From positions 31,436,001 through 31,500,000 of the forward strand of contig CM097885.1 in NCBI GenBank assembly GCA_044892525.1: 64,000 bases of DNA, in the 5' to 3' direction. Each line of letters starts with the position of its first letter. The first letter of the stretch is position 1. Position numbers and translations under genes: made by a program. Below the pieces are notes generated by a model. It had not been told where the DNA came from. It saw only the letters and a program-made list of their open reading frames with translations, and made no database searches. The stretch is from Schmidtea polychroa (lineage: Eukaryota). Shown piece by piece: positions 49,151 to 61,300 of this stretch.

Positions 49151-50944
49151 TCATAAAAATTTCCATTAAAAATTACTTAAAAAAAAAATATTTCATAAAA
49201 ATTTCCATTAAAAATTATTCATAAAAAATTTTCATTAAAAAATTTCAATTCTCAAACACCTTCTATTATTTCAACTTTTTTGATAATAAATTTAAAAATC
49301 TTACTTTAATTTACTTATTTAACTTTAATTTAAAATTTTTACCATTGATTACTTAATTTAAAAATTATTACTTTAATTTACTTATTTTAAATTTTTTACC
49401 ATTGATTACTTAATTTTAAAATTTGGACCATTATTTACTGTAATTTAATTTTTAAGAACCTTAATTTACTTTAATTTAATTTTTAGAACCATAATTTACT
49501 TTAATTTAATTTTTAGAACCTTAATTTACTTTAATTTAAAATTTTGAACCATAATTTACTTTAATTGAAAAATCTTGACCATTATTTACTGTAATTCAAA
49601 AATTTGGACCATTATTAACTGTAATTTAATTTTTAAGAACCATAATTTACTGTAATTTAATTTTTAAGAACCATAATTTACTGTAATTCAATTTTTAGAA
49701 CCATTATTTACTGTAATTCAAAAATTTACCATGCTTTTTTAGTGTAGACCACCTTTTTCTATTGAAATTCTCAGGACCAAGGAGACCCACCTGAATTGAC
49801 CTAGAAAATTCCATGCTTTTTATTGGTAGTCGAATTTTTGTATAGAAAATCTCAGGACCATCGAGACCCACCTCACTATAGTCTGAAAAATTCTATGCTT
49901 TTTTAGTGAGACCGCCTTTTTGTATTGAAAAAAATTTTTTGTATTGAAAATCCCAGGACCATCGTTTTTGTATAGAAAAAATTTTTTTGTATTGAAAATC
50001 CCAGGACCATCGAGACCCCCTCACTATAGTCTGAAAATTCCATGCTTTTTTATTGAAGACCGCCTTTTTCTATTGAAAAAATTTTGTATTGAAAATCCCA
50101 GGACCATCGAGACCCCCTCACTATAGTGTGAAAAATCCTTGGCTTTTTTAGTGGTAGTCGGATTTTTGTATTGAAAATATCCTGAGACCTTAAATTACCA
50201 TGCTTTTTTAGTGGTAGTCGGATTTTGTATTGAAAAAATTTTATTTGTATTGAAAATCCCAGGACCATCGAGACTCCTTCACTATAGTCTGAAAATTCCA
50301 TGCTTTTTTATTGAAGACCAGCTTTTTGTATTGAAAAAATTTTTTTGTATTGAAAATCCCAGGACCATCGAGACCCCCTCACTATAGTCTGAAAATTCCA
50401 TGCTTTTTTAGTGGTAGTTGGATTTTTGTATTGAAAAATTTTTTTTGTATTGAAAATCCCCGGACCATCGAGACCCCCTCACTATAGTGTGAAAATTCCA
50501 TGCTTTTTTAGTGGTAGTCGGATTTTTGTATAGAAAAAATTTTTTTGTATTGAAAATCCCAGGACCATCGAGACCCCCTCACTATAGTCTGAAAATTCCA
50601 TGCTTTTTTAGTGGTAGTCGGATTTTTGTATTGAAAATCCCCGGACCATCGAGACCCCCTCACTATAGTGTGAAAATTCCATGCTTTTTTAGTGGTAGTC
50701 GGATTTTTGTATAGAAAAAATTTTTTTGTATTGAAAATCCCAGGACCATCGAGACCCCCTCACTATAGTCTGATAAAAAAAAATTTGGACCAAAAATCCC
50801 TGAAAGCAAAAAATGTGAGTTGCAACAATTGCGTAATAAAAAGTTGCAACAAAAAAAAGTTGCAACAAAAAAAAAGTTGCAACAACCCCCCCCCCCGGGG
50901 GGGGGGGGGGGGTAATTGTTGCGGTAAGCCACTATCTACCTACT
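48987..50944 (-). repeat. Right TIR (~1.96 kb) with an expanded sub-repeat array
   Basis: About nine GAAAATC(C/T)C(A/C)GGACCATCGAGAC...CACTATAG units at 49850-50770. Confidence 0.92.
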
Positions 50945-51938
50945 GATATGTTAACAGTATGTTAATGACTCTCTACTTTCGGAATAAAAAAAGCTATATT
51001 AAATTTGCGTGTATTTTATATTATGTGTGCTGTGTTTGTATGTAAAATTATTTTTCTGTCACTTTCTCAATTCCTATAATAAAACTTTTAACATTCGGAA
51101 CATTAAATTTTTGCACACAGGTAAGTTTGTGTGTTGCTATAATATAATTTTATCGATTTTTTTTAGATTATAGAAACTTTTATATTGTGGATTTAGGTGT
51201 AGACAATGTTAACTTTCGCGGTTAGGTGTATTATAGAGACTTTTAACATCTGGAATTAGGTGTATAAGTGGAGAAGTACTATTGGTACTACTACTAATCA
51301 TTAAATGAAAGGTGTGAGTAGAGACACTTTGCTGTTGATTGGAGAATGAAATATTTATTCCAATTGGGAAATTATCTAACTGCATATTTTTAGAAATAAT
51401 AAATGTTATTTTCATGAAAAATGTAAGATACAACTTTTTTCGTTATTGTTTAAGTTTGTAAAATGATATGCTCTCGAACGTTCATATTAATAATCTTTTT
51501 GCAAAAAAAGCAATGAACTCATTTATTCTATGAACTTTTCACCTCGAGTAAACTATGTATGCTACTATATCATTGTGGATTAGAACTCCCCGGCGAATAA
51601 GCATAAATTCAATGGATATAGTACAGACTCAAATTCTGAGTAGCTTTCGTTTAGTTGTACCAACCGTTTTTTAACACTCTAGTATTCAAACTTTCTTTTT
51701 AGGTTACAACACAATGTGAATGTAAGCTGCCGTCTAAGGTGAATTAAACATTACATAACTAGACCAAAGAGTTTATGTTGTTTTACAGAAATTGAAGCAT
51801 AAATTATTCATATTCACTTTTTAGAAGAAATTTTATCCAGTCCACCTCAAGGTTTTGAGAATTAGATGGGAAACTTTGTTTTAAAACAATACCAAAATTA
51901 TTAGAAATTTGCAAGAACAACCTATTCATATATATTTC

Positions 51939-52278
51939 GGATCATCCTTCTAATTTAACCCCCAAGGGTTAAATTAAAAGGATGAAAAATAATAAAATTT
52001 TATTAATAAGATATAAATTAAATTAATTATAAAATAATTTAATAAATATTAATATTTTAAAATTTATTTATATTTTGCAATATAAATTAACAAAAGATAC
52101 ATTTAAATATTATATTTAAAATCAAAGTTTAATTAAATTTAAGACTGCATTGAAAAAATCTGCTCTGTTAGAACACCTTTCCTTCGTTTTATTTCTAACT
52201 AAATATTACTTTTTATTTATTTTCGGGGGTTAAATTAAAAGGATGATTATTATGGGGGTTGAATTAAAAGGTTGATCC
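51939..52278. mobile_element. MITE, Merlin-like (340 bp)
   Basis: GGATCATCCTTCTAATTTAACCCC...GGGGTTGAATTAAAAGGTTGATCC ends; 8-bp TSD TATATTTC on both sides. Confidence 0.8.
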
Positions 52279-52409
52279 TATATTTCTACTGCTCCTCCTC
52301 TATAAGTTTGCTTGGGTCCTATCTATTCCCTGTTTTCAATAGTAAATTTACAATGTTGTTATAATATATTGAAAAAGCAATTTTGGAATTTCAGCTGAAT
52401 TGCTATGTA

Positions 52410-52568
52410 GAGTAAAATCTTTTTTTACACGGTCTTTTTTTACAGGATTTTGCAGAAAATCATGTAAATAATTAAAAAATTAAATCGTGTTAAATCAAAA
52501 ATAACGTGTAAAAAAATTTTAAATTTCTTTTTTCTTATTTCAAAATCGTGTAAAAAAAGATTTTACTG
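52410..52568. mobile_element. Small Tc1/pogo-type MITE (decayed)
   Basis: AGTAAAATCTTTTTTTACACG ... CGTGTAAAAAAAGATTTTACT inverted ends. Confidence 0.65.
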
Positions 52569-53339
52569 CATATGAAGCATTCCAAGGCCCTCCAGAGTTG
52601 ATCAGAAATAGTTCTTGATTCATTTTTGAGCTTAAAAAGAATATTTCAGATTCAGTGACCAAAGTTGGAATTGTCAAGATTCGCAAAGTAACAATTCGGT
52701 TAAGAAATATTTGCAATAAAAGTAATTCCACTTACTATCTCAACAGACATTTCAATAAATATCTTTTTACATTATTTTTGCATTCCAGCTTTACCTGAAC
52801 CTCATATTTAGTTATCGCAAATACCATCAGCGGCTAAGAACTGTAATTTTCTCAAAGATTTTTAATAATATAATTTTACTTCTTTATTTTGTAATTTTTG
52901 TTTTCAAATGATTTCATAAGCATGCAACATCTAACAACGAACCTTTGGCTTCAATCAATAAATTCGTGTTCTCTTCTAGAGAACGAGTAGACAGATGTTT
53001 GCACTCCAGAACAAAGGAATATTACACAACAAAAGCATATTATGTCATAATTTCCCGAGAGGCCCGCCCCCTCCGTTCGGGTTGAAATGAAATTCTAAAT
53101 AATATTTCCCATAATAATAATCTACCATCTCAAATAACACTAACAACAACAAATAATAATATGGAAAGATTAAATTAAACATTTATTACATTAAAATCCT
53201 AAAGAAATTCGAGCAATATCTATAATTGATAGAAAAACGAAAAGAAATGCAAACAAAATCAAAGAACATTTGAAACAAATAATCAAAATATCCTTTGGAA
53301 TCTGTAGTATTTATGATATTGGAACTTTAATTTCACCGA

Positions 53340-53932
53340 AGATATGATTTTAGTAGTTATAATTGAACATTTGAAGTGTCTAAAGACACAATTTGAAAAC
53401 TACTTTAAAATTGAAAAAGACAATTGGATTCTTAACCCATATTCCATTGATATGATTACTATAAATTATTTACTATTAAAATTTCAAGAGTTTGCTGAGC
53501 TACCGAGCGACACAATTAAAACATTTGTTCTCTAAAAAATCATTAAACGTATTTTGGTTGGAGATTAGAACATAATTTCCCATACTTTCTGAATTGGCAC
53601 TTAATATACTTTTACCATTTTCTACCACATATTTATGTGAAGTGTCATTTTCAACTTTAAGAAAATTAAAGCTAAATACCATTCAACTCTGAAAAACGTG
53701 AAGATGCTTTACGTCCTACAATATCAAATATTTTTTCCAGAATTTAAGTTTTTATGCAAAAATAAACAAGTTCACCGAACTCATTAGGTTGGCTTTAAAA
53801 TAAAATATTTTTTGAATAAATAAATACTTTATTTTATATTACTGTTTTCATCTTCTTTATATCTATACTTAGGGTCGCCGTAATATTTGCTAGGGTTAAT
53901 GGGTCGCTAAGTAAAAGGTTTGAGAAGCTCTG
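53340..53932 (+). pseudogene. hAT (Buster/Charlie-like) transposase C-terminal remnant with right end
   Basis: WILNPY, LSELALNILLPFSTTYLCEVSFS; end AAGGTTTGAGAAGCTCTG. Confidence 0.8.
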
Positions 53933-54696
53933 GAATAGACTACTTTTTATCCTCGTCCGCAACAACATCGATGTTTGTGTCATTAATATTCTGTTATATG
54001 GATTAAATTAATATTTCTATTAGATTATTTCTTATTTTATAATTTTATACAAATATAACATATTCATAATGTTAATAAAGAAGTACACGTAAAATGTTGA
54101 CATATATTCTAATACTTTATTACGTTGTTGAATTTTAGGAATATTTTACGTTACGGTCTTCGAAAATTATGAGTTTAGTAATTAATGTGATGTTCAAATA
54201 AATTTTTGTGCAACTATTTTAAGTTTTGTTTGGAATTTTCTATCCATCAGCAAAGGTTTCTAAATTATTCTTATTGTCGTAATTTATTATCCACCAATTC
54301 ATTTCCTTTATATGAAACAAAATGTAGGTCACTGTTTCTTTTATCTATTTCATTTTTCTAAACTTTTCATCTATCAAGAATTAGGAAAAATGGACTCCTA
54401 TTAGGAGTGTAAAAATGCGGATTTGCACTTACAAATAATGAGTTACAATGGCTTTGAAAGGCTTTTGAAGTCAAAATGAGTTGAAGTACTCACATCGTAC
54501 TAGTAAATCAAAAATCACGAAAAATATTATAAATTAATTGAGCTCTTGCAAATATGATTTGTCTTTCGTTAGTGCCAAATTGTTTATAATTTATTATTTT
54601 ATATTTTCATCCAATAACAAATCAAATAATTTTAAAATTAAAAAAATGTATAACTATTAATAAAATATATTACATGTAATTTAAAAAAAAATTAAA

Positions 54697-55503
54697 ATGA
54701 TAAATATTAATGATAAATATAAACACATTCAAACCCTTCAGTCATCAACAAAAAGTGAAGTATATATTGCTGAGAATAATTCCCAGAACAATAAAAGGAA
54801 CAAAACTGTAGTGATTAAAAGAATCCACAAATCTGAAAATAGATTATTTGCACAGAATTCAAATTATCCATTTCGTATTCCATTGGAAATGCATTTTAAT
54901 CAATTAATTAATGATGATGAAATTTGCCCTAAGATTCTTGATTTCTTTCAAGACGACAAAGAATTTTCAATTGTTATGGAACATTTGACTGGTAAATGGG
55001 TTGAACTAGGGGAATACATTATGGAGAAAAAGCGACAAGAAAGATGTGTTAAAAGAATTGCAGAAAATGTAATAATTGCTATTGAAAAATTAATCGATAA
55101 AGGCATTTATCATCTCGATATCAAACCTAGAAATATATTTGTAAATAAAACAACATATCAGGTAAAGATAATTGATTTTGAAGACGCTCTCTTTGATAAT
55201 GTGATGAAGTACCCTAAAACTAACAGTTATGCTGGAACAGTTGGATATTGCAGTCCGGAGGTATTACTTCGTCAAACATTTGATGTAAACAAAAGTGTTG
55301 TATTCATGTTAGGCGCTCTATTTTACAAATGCATGGAAAGAAAACATCCATATCTATTAAAAAACAATTTCTACATTAAGGATATAATATTTTATAGGTC
55401 TTCAGAAACATTACAAAAGTTAGTTAAAAAATGTCTGGATTATAATCCTACAAATAGAATGACCATAAATGAAATACGCAATGACATTTGGTTTCAATCT
55501 TAA
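54697..55503 (+). CDS. Divergent PIM-related Ser/Thr protein kinase, intronless
   Basis: VVIK, IPLE, ILDFFQ...FSIVME, HLDIKPRN, IIDFE, GTVGYCSPE, CLDYNPTNR. Confidence 0.85.
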   Translation: MININDKYKHIQTLQSSTKSEVYIAENNSQNNKRNKTVVIKRIHKSENRLFAQNSNYPFRIPLEMHFNQLINDDEICPKILDFFQDDKEFSIVMEHLTGKWVELGEYIMEKKRQERCVKRIAENVIIAIEKLIDKGIYHLDIKPRNIFVNKTTYQVKIIDFEDALFDNVMKYPKTNSYAGTVGYCSPEVLLRQTFDVNKSVVFMLGALFYKCMERKHPYLLKNNFYIKDIIFYRSSETLQKLVKKCLDYNPTNRMTINEIRNDIWFQS

Positions 55504-55765
55504 TTTTGATAATGCTGTGTGGAATGTTTGCAATAAATTATTTGTGATAAGTGATGAGAAAGTGATGAAAAAGTGCAGTGAAAGAAGAGTTTTTAATGAT
55601 TGATTGAAAGAAACTTTTTCCTTCTCATATTTCCCTTGAAATCTCCATCATTTAACTCTCAAAGATAGAAATTCATTGAATTTATTATTTTCTAAAAATC
55701 ATCAAAAATCAAATTTAAATTTTCAACTTTAACCCTTTTATCATCAATAACATTTCATTGAATAT

Positions 55766-55895
55766 AGTAATTAGCTAGTGGCGTACGGCAGCACGACCAT
55801 CCGGGATACATCCTCCCCCTCCTCCCTAGAAAAATTCTCCTTGGTCTCGAGGATTTTCAATACAAAATCCGATCCTCGTTAAAAAAGCCAAAATA
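55766..55895 (+). mobile_element. Decayed Polinton terminal fragment
   Basis: AGTAATTAGCTAGTGGCGTACGGCAGCA matches the Polinton right end (reverse complement) at 22/28, followed by a GATTTTCAATACAAAATCCGA unit. Confidence 0.65.
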
Positions 55896-58339
55896 CATTT
55901 AAATACTCAAGACTTTTTATACATAGAATTTATGGTCCGATTATTTGATTATTCGATTACCTCGTAAAAAAGAAACTGAAGGGCTATATTTAGTTAATTA
56001 AATAAATCAAGGGCTGTATTTTAAAATTAAGTATACTTTCCATCATTTTTCAAGGCTACACAAGAATTTCTAGATAAAGTCAGAAGTGAATGAATTAATC
56101 TCTCACTAGAAAAATTGAAACTGGATTTCTCTGCTGGTTTCAAAGATATTTTCAGTTTCACTCCGCCGCTTTTTGTTGAAAATCCATTGACATGCGATAT
56201 TTCTATCGTGGCAACTAGCATGCAATTATTAGTAGGATGTGAAGGTGCAGTCAGTACAGCTTGAAATAACTGAAATTCGTAATAATATTGAAATACATAA
56301 TAATGCCCTTCGAGACTGACAACCACAAAAATATACTGCCAACTGATTTCTATGTTTTTCTGTCGAATTTTCACGTATATAACAATTTTGTAAAAGTTAT
56401 TGATGATGTTTGGAAGCACTTACGTTTTAACTATGATCAACAGTTACGCTAGCAGTTTTAAAAAAATGTTATTTTTCCAAAATATATTTATATTATATTT
56501 CTCGTTGTATAAAAAACTGGGAACCCAGGCTTATGGTTTTTAATTTTGAGTTTATATTTTAAATTTTATTTAAAAATTATTGTCCAATCAAATTTTTTTT
56601 TCACTGGAATTTTTTTAATTTATTAAAATATTTCAAAAATTATAAATATTTTCATTTAATAATCTAAAAAAATCAAGACAACCCATACATCAAAATTTCT
56701 TTAATTGAGTTTAAAAATCAAGTTCAATAATTAAATATGAGTTATTATTTCCTTAGTCTCCCTATTTTTGTAACAGTAATTTGACATATATTATCCATCA
56801 ATTTCCCTGAATGTGTTACAAGATTAATTTATTTATATTCTCATAAGATTGGGCAATATTTCAGTAAATTACCGAACAATAATTCGGAATAATTGTGAAT
56901 CAAAATCCTTTAAAATTTTGTAAATTTTTGACTTGAAATTAAACTTACCGATCGAAATGGAAAAAGGAAAGTTGAATGATGTAAATGACAAATGAACTGA
57001 ACAAATCCATCTCCATTACGTTAAGTATCCACCAACTAATTCTACTATCAAATTGAGACGTCCCGTGAATTCCCAGCATTATTTCCGCGACTAATCCACT
57101 AGCCAAAACGAATCCCTAAAATTCAATTTATAGAAGATTAAATAAAATTTACCTTCGTATGTGGTAAGAAGAAAGTTCCACCTACTACAATTGTGGGTAG
57201 AAGAGGGTAAGTAGCTTGAGCAAAGCTCCAAGTATTACCGTTCGACACCTTGCAATTGGTTTCGGTAGAAAGCCATTAATATTTAAAAAAGAGAATTTTA
57301 AATAGTAACATGTTGACATAAAATTTTTTTTATTAAGTAGCGAACTAAAACAATATCATAAATTAAGAAATTCGAAAAGTAAGAAATCTGACTTTCAATT
57401 AAGGGTTAAAGTATATGACGAGTTGGATTTTTCTCCTTAATTTGTGAAATTAGATTAGGGTCGAAAATATTTTTCTTTAATCTGAATTTTAAAGCGAATG
57501 AGCATAAAGATTTCGCTGTGGTTAAGTTTTAGTAAGTTAAAGTTTGGAGCCAAGATATAAAATTATGCCCTCAGCTTGGTTTGGCCAATATATACTTATC
57601 AAGTTAAAAAACGAAGACCGTGTCTTTAAGCTTAATTCTGAGGTCGAATCGGAATTTAAGATTTGCTTTATAAAACCAGAATTGGTGATCAAAAGGCTCG
57701 TTAGGAAGTACCTTAATGATATTTTATCATCACAGGCATTCCCAACACTAGACAAAGAAATGCACAGGCCGGTCCCTCACCAACCGACCCGAGCCACGAG
57801 GAGGCAGAAGACTCCACCAGTCTGGACCGAGATGAGAAGTCACCAGGCTAAGGTCCAGGTGGATCTGGTACAAGATTCACGACTGGACCTACCAGAATGT
57901 GGTCCCGGTGATCCCGAAGGTAGAGCCCTTCGTCAGCGCCACCTCCTTCGCTCTGGTCGAAGCCTTCGAAGATGTCAAGGCAGCCGTGGATCAACTGCAA
58001 CGGCTCGAGGATGCAACCTTAGCCGGCGAACTGGAGGACATCGACATGTTCGCTAGATTGCAATGCTACCCGAAACGGACAGTGGCCATTCGCCGTGGTG
58101 TGGAGCGCCCAAGGAGTTCACCACGGGGTTCCGAGCAAGCATGAAGGCGGGGGCGTCAGGGAAGAACTGTCTCACATCGGCTAGGTAACCGTTGGACTGA
58201 ATCATAGCCCCTGTGACTAAACCTCATTTGGGCGCGTCTCCCTGGTGTGACTATCCTTGCCAAATGGAAAACTAGTGTAGTTTTAGTTTATTTTGACTTC
58301 GTTATAATCCATGTACGATGTATTATTATTTGATATCTT

Positions 58340-61300
58340 GTTTTGATTTATCTCACTCACATTTTTGACGTCATCTCACCCCAAACTATCCAAAACTACA
58401 TCCATACTACAACCTCATCCTCTAACACTGTTAGTATTAACAACGGACACAGGCCTCTTCCCAGGGCTCCGACCCCAATCATGGCAGCAACACCCCTCCG
58501 CAATTCCATCAGCCTGAGTACGCACAAAGTGACCATAGCCCCTTTTTCTACCAATCAAATGACACATAACCAAACCACAGTCAACATAATTTCGTCATCA
58601 ACTGCAGAGACAAGCAATAACACCCTCCCCAATTTCACCAGCCCTAACACCAACATGATGGCTCTGTGAACCTCTTTTCTGATGTAGACCTACCACGCCA
58701 CATCTCGGACTCAGGTAGCATTGAATTGAACTCACATGATAGCTCTATATCCACTATGAACCCCCAGCAAATAAAGAAACTCCATTTCAAATCAAAAAAG
58801 CCCATAGCCGCAGATAATACTTTAACTATAAGCGTAATATCAATAACAGAATCAACAAAAGGAAAACGCCCTACATAAAATTGCCCGCAATCTCTCTAAA
58901 ATAACCACAGACAGGAACCAACCGCACCACATTCTACCCACATATAACTCCGACTTCGGCAACAAACTGACTGCACATAACAACGCACCCTCAGACAGCC
59001 CCCTAGACCAGTGGCGTAGCTAAAGTACTTGGCGCCCGGGCAGGGATATTTTTGGCGCCCTGGGTTACTATAAAAAATTTTTGTGATATTAAAATAGACA
59101 TATGTAAAAACGCCAAATATAAAATGCATATTAATAAATTCTAAAATAATATTTAAAAAAAATATAAAATATAAAATATAAAAATATAACAAAACTAGAA
59201 AAAAACTGGAAAACAGAAAAATAAAATCCCTTTTAAATCGTTTATTTTAAAAATAGAACATATTTTGCAATAATTTAAAAAATATAAACTTTTTTTATAA
59301 ATGTGAAAATTTGAACACTTTTTGCATAAATTTGAAAATTATAACATTTTTTGTATAAATTTGAAGAATAAAACACTTTATTTTCATAGCCTTTGATTTC
59401 GCAGAAAAAGGCAATTTGTCCGTAAAATCATTGTTTTAAAATTAATTTAATCAAGAAACATCCAGTAAAATTTTTTAAGCAAAAATCGTTTTTAAGACGA
59501 AATCAGCATCTACAAAAAAAAATTTTTTATTTAATTATTTATAAACCAAATTATTTAATAACGAATTTAGTTTTGGTCAAATTTTTTCGGCGAAATTAGT
59601 CGTACGACAAGAGGCGGTCGTTTTTCAAATTTATAAAAAAGGGTTCTATTTTATATATATTGCGTTCAACCCGGCGCCCCAAAAATTGTGGCGCCCGGGG
59701 CAACTGTCCCCCTCGCCCCCACCTCGCTACTCCACTGCCCTAGACACAACATCCCCATCTTCTGCTCTTTCAACCCCATCCAAACCTTGCCTACAGCTCT
59801 GATTTGCCCCGCCACCCCAATTCTTCAGGCCACTCTCTCTCAACGAACCTTTGTAATCGAACCGTACCACAACCATACCCCTCTTATTCAGACCGATGCC
59901 CCTGTTATTGATGACGTTGATATTGATGACGTACAATTTACGTCCGACCCCGAGAGTGATTAAGTCAATTGCTCACCTCTTCCAACTGCCAACCAAGTCC
60001 AACCCGTGAATCACGAACAGCTGCCCACCTCACCCACCACCCTCAATGACGAGCTTATCTCAGCATCACTCATCAACGAATTCCATGACCTTATAGCTAT
60101 TGACTCCCAATTAAAGGTAACGGGGAAAACTATTCAAGTCATCACCGACCAGATCCCTGTTAACACACCCCCATACCTCACCCCACCACCCCCTGTCAAG
60201 GTGCGCAACTCTCGTACCACGAGAAACATGAAGGCACAGGATATGACAGACCCAACGCTATTTCACTGACCTATCGCAGCAAACTCGAATGCAGATCGAC
60301 ATTTCTTACAGCTTGCTGTGGAAGCATTTGTATATACGACAGAGCCAAGTTCCTCCCCCACGCCCGTGAAATTCACAATGTTGAAATTAATGAAGACTCA
60401 CATGTCGACTGCTACCAGTACAGGCCCAAAAAGGGAAATGAAAGATTCACCATGAACCACGTCAAATTCAGAGATCTTTATAATCATGTTGACCACTGCT
60501 CGCACGACGTTCAAATAGACTAAAAATTTATCAATAAGTTACTTTAAAAATCTCTCCTTCCCTCCGCCTCACCTGCAACAGTGCCAATAAAAACTGCAAT
60601 AAATGTCTGACTACTCTCCCCATCGACACCACCATCTCTGAAATCTTCGCACACATGAAAGAACTTCACCGAAACCTTGTCTTCGATCTCTATGATGACT
60701 TTTACTGTTTCTGCGGCTCATGGATCCCTTTCCAAGCCATCCAATTTCATGTCGACCACCCCCACCCCACAGCTCACACATCCACTACGAACGGCACCTC
60801 AGCCCAAATTGATGTACACACCCCTTCCTTCGATGCCATAAGGCAAATTATGTTTACCGGAGAAGAACAACTTCTATACTCACCCAGTGAAATTATTGAG
60901 CTACCACTCCCCGACACTATCCTATTTAGCAACAACATAGACCGGGAACGGCATGATGGTCACAGCACGAAATTAAAGATTATCTCTTCAAATATGCAAT
61001 GATGAAGTCAACCATATTTGTAGACCCCTTCATCGGCTACGCGCTTATTCAACACAATTACAAAACCTTCTTTGCCTCTTTCCCCTTCAAAGACTTCGCA
61101 GACTGGAATGAGATTATCATACCAATGTCCAATGGCAGGGACAGCTGGTTCCTCTTCTTCCTGGATAAATACCTCAATTTGGCAGTGATCATAGACCCAA
61201 TGAGTGAAGACAACCTCTCACTACATCATGATATTGCCATCAACCTCTTAGACACTATTATTAGCCTCCAAAATATCGTCAGCCAAGTCACCCTATCACT

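Larger units (their letters stand above)
34697..50944. mobile_element. Full-length Polinton/Maverick endogenous DNA virus (16248 bp)
   Basis: AGTAGGTAG...CTACCTACT ends, GATATG TSD at 34691-34696 and 50945-50950, long TIRs, pPolB/INT/ATPase/PRO/MCP/mCP genes. Confidence 0.98.

Noticed and set aside
49850..50770. CRISPR-like look of regularly spaced repeats
   Set aside because: Intervening sequences are themselves repeated rather than unique spacers; no cas genes; eukaryotic TIR sub-repeats
49870..50770. CTCACTATAG resembling the T7 promoter core
   Set aside because: Upstream TAATACGA is absent; the motif is part of the native TIR unit and also occurs in the diverged copy near 8870
49944..50946. 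Short ORFs within the TIRs (also 34755-35068 and 8742-8972)
   Set aside because: Translations of tandem repeats with no coding features
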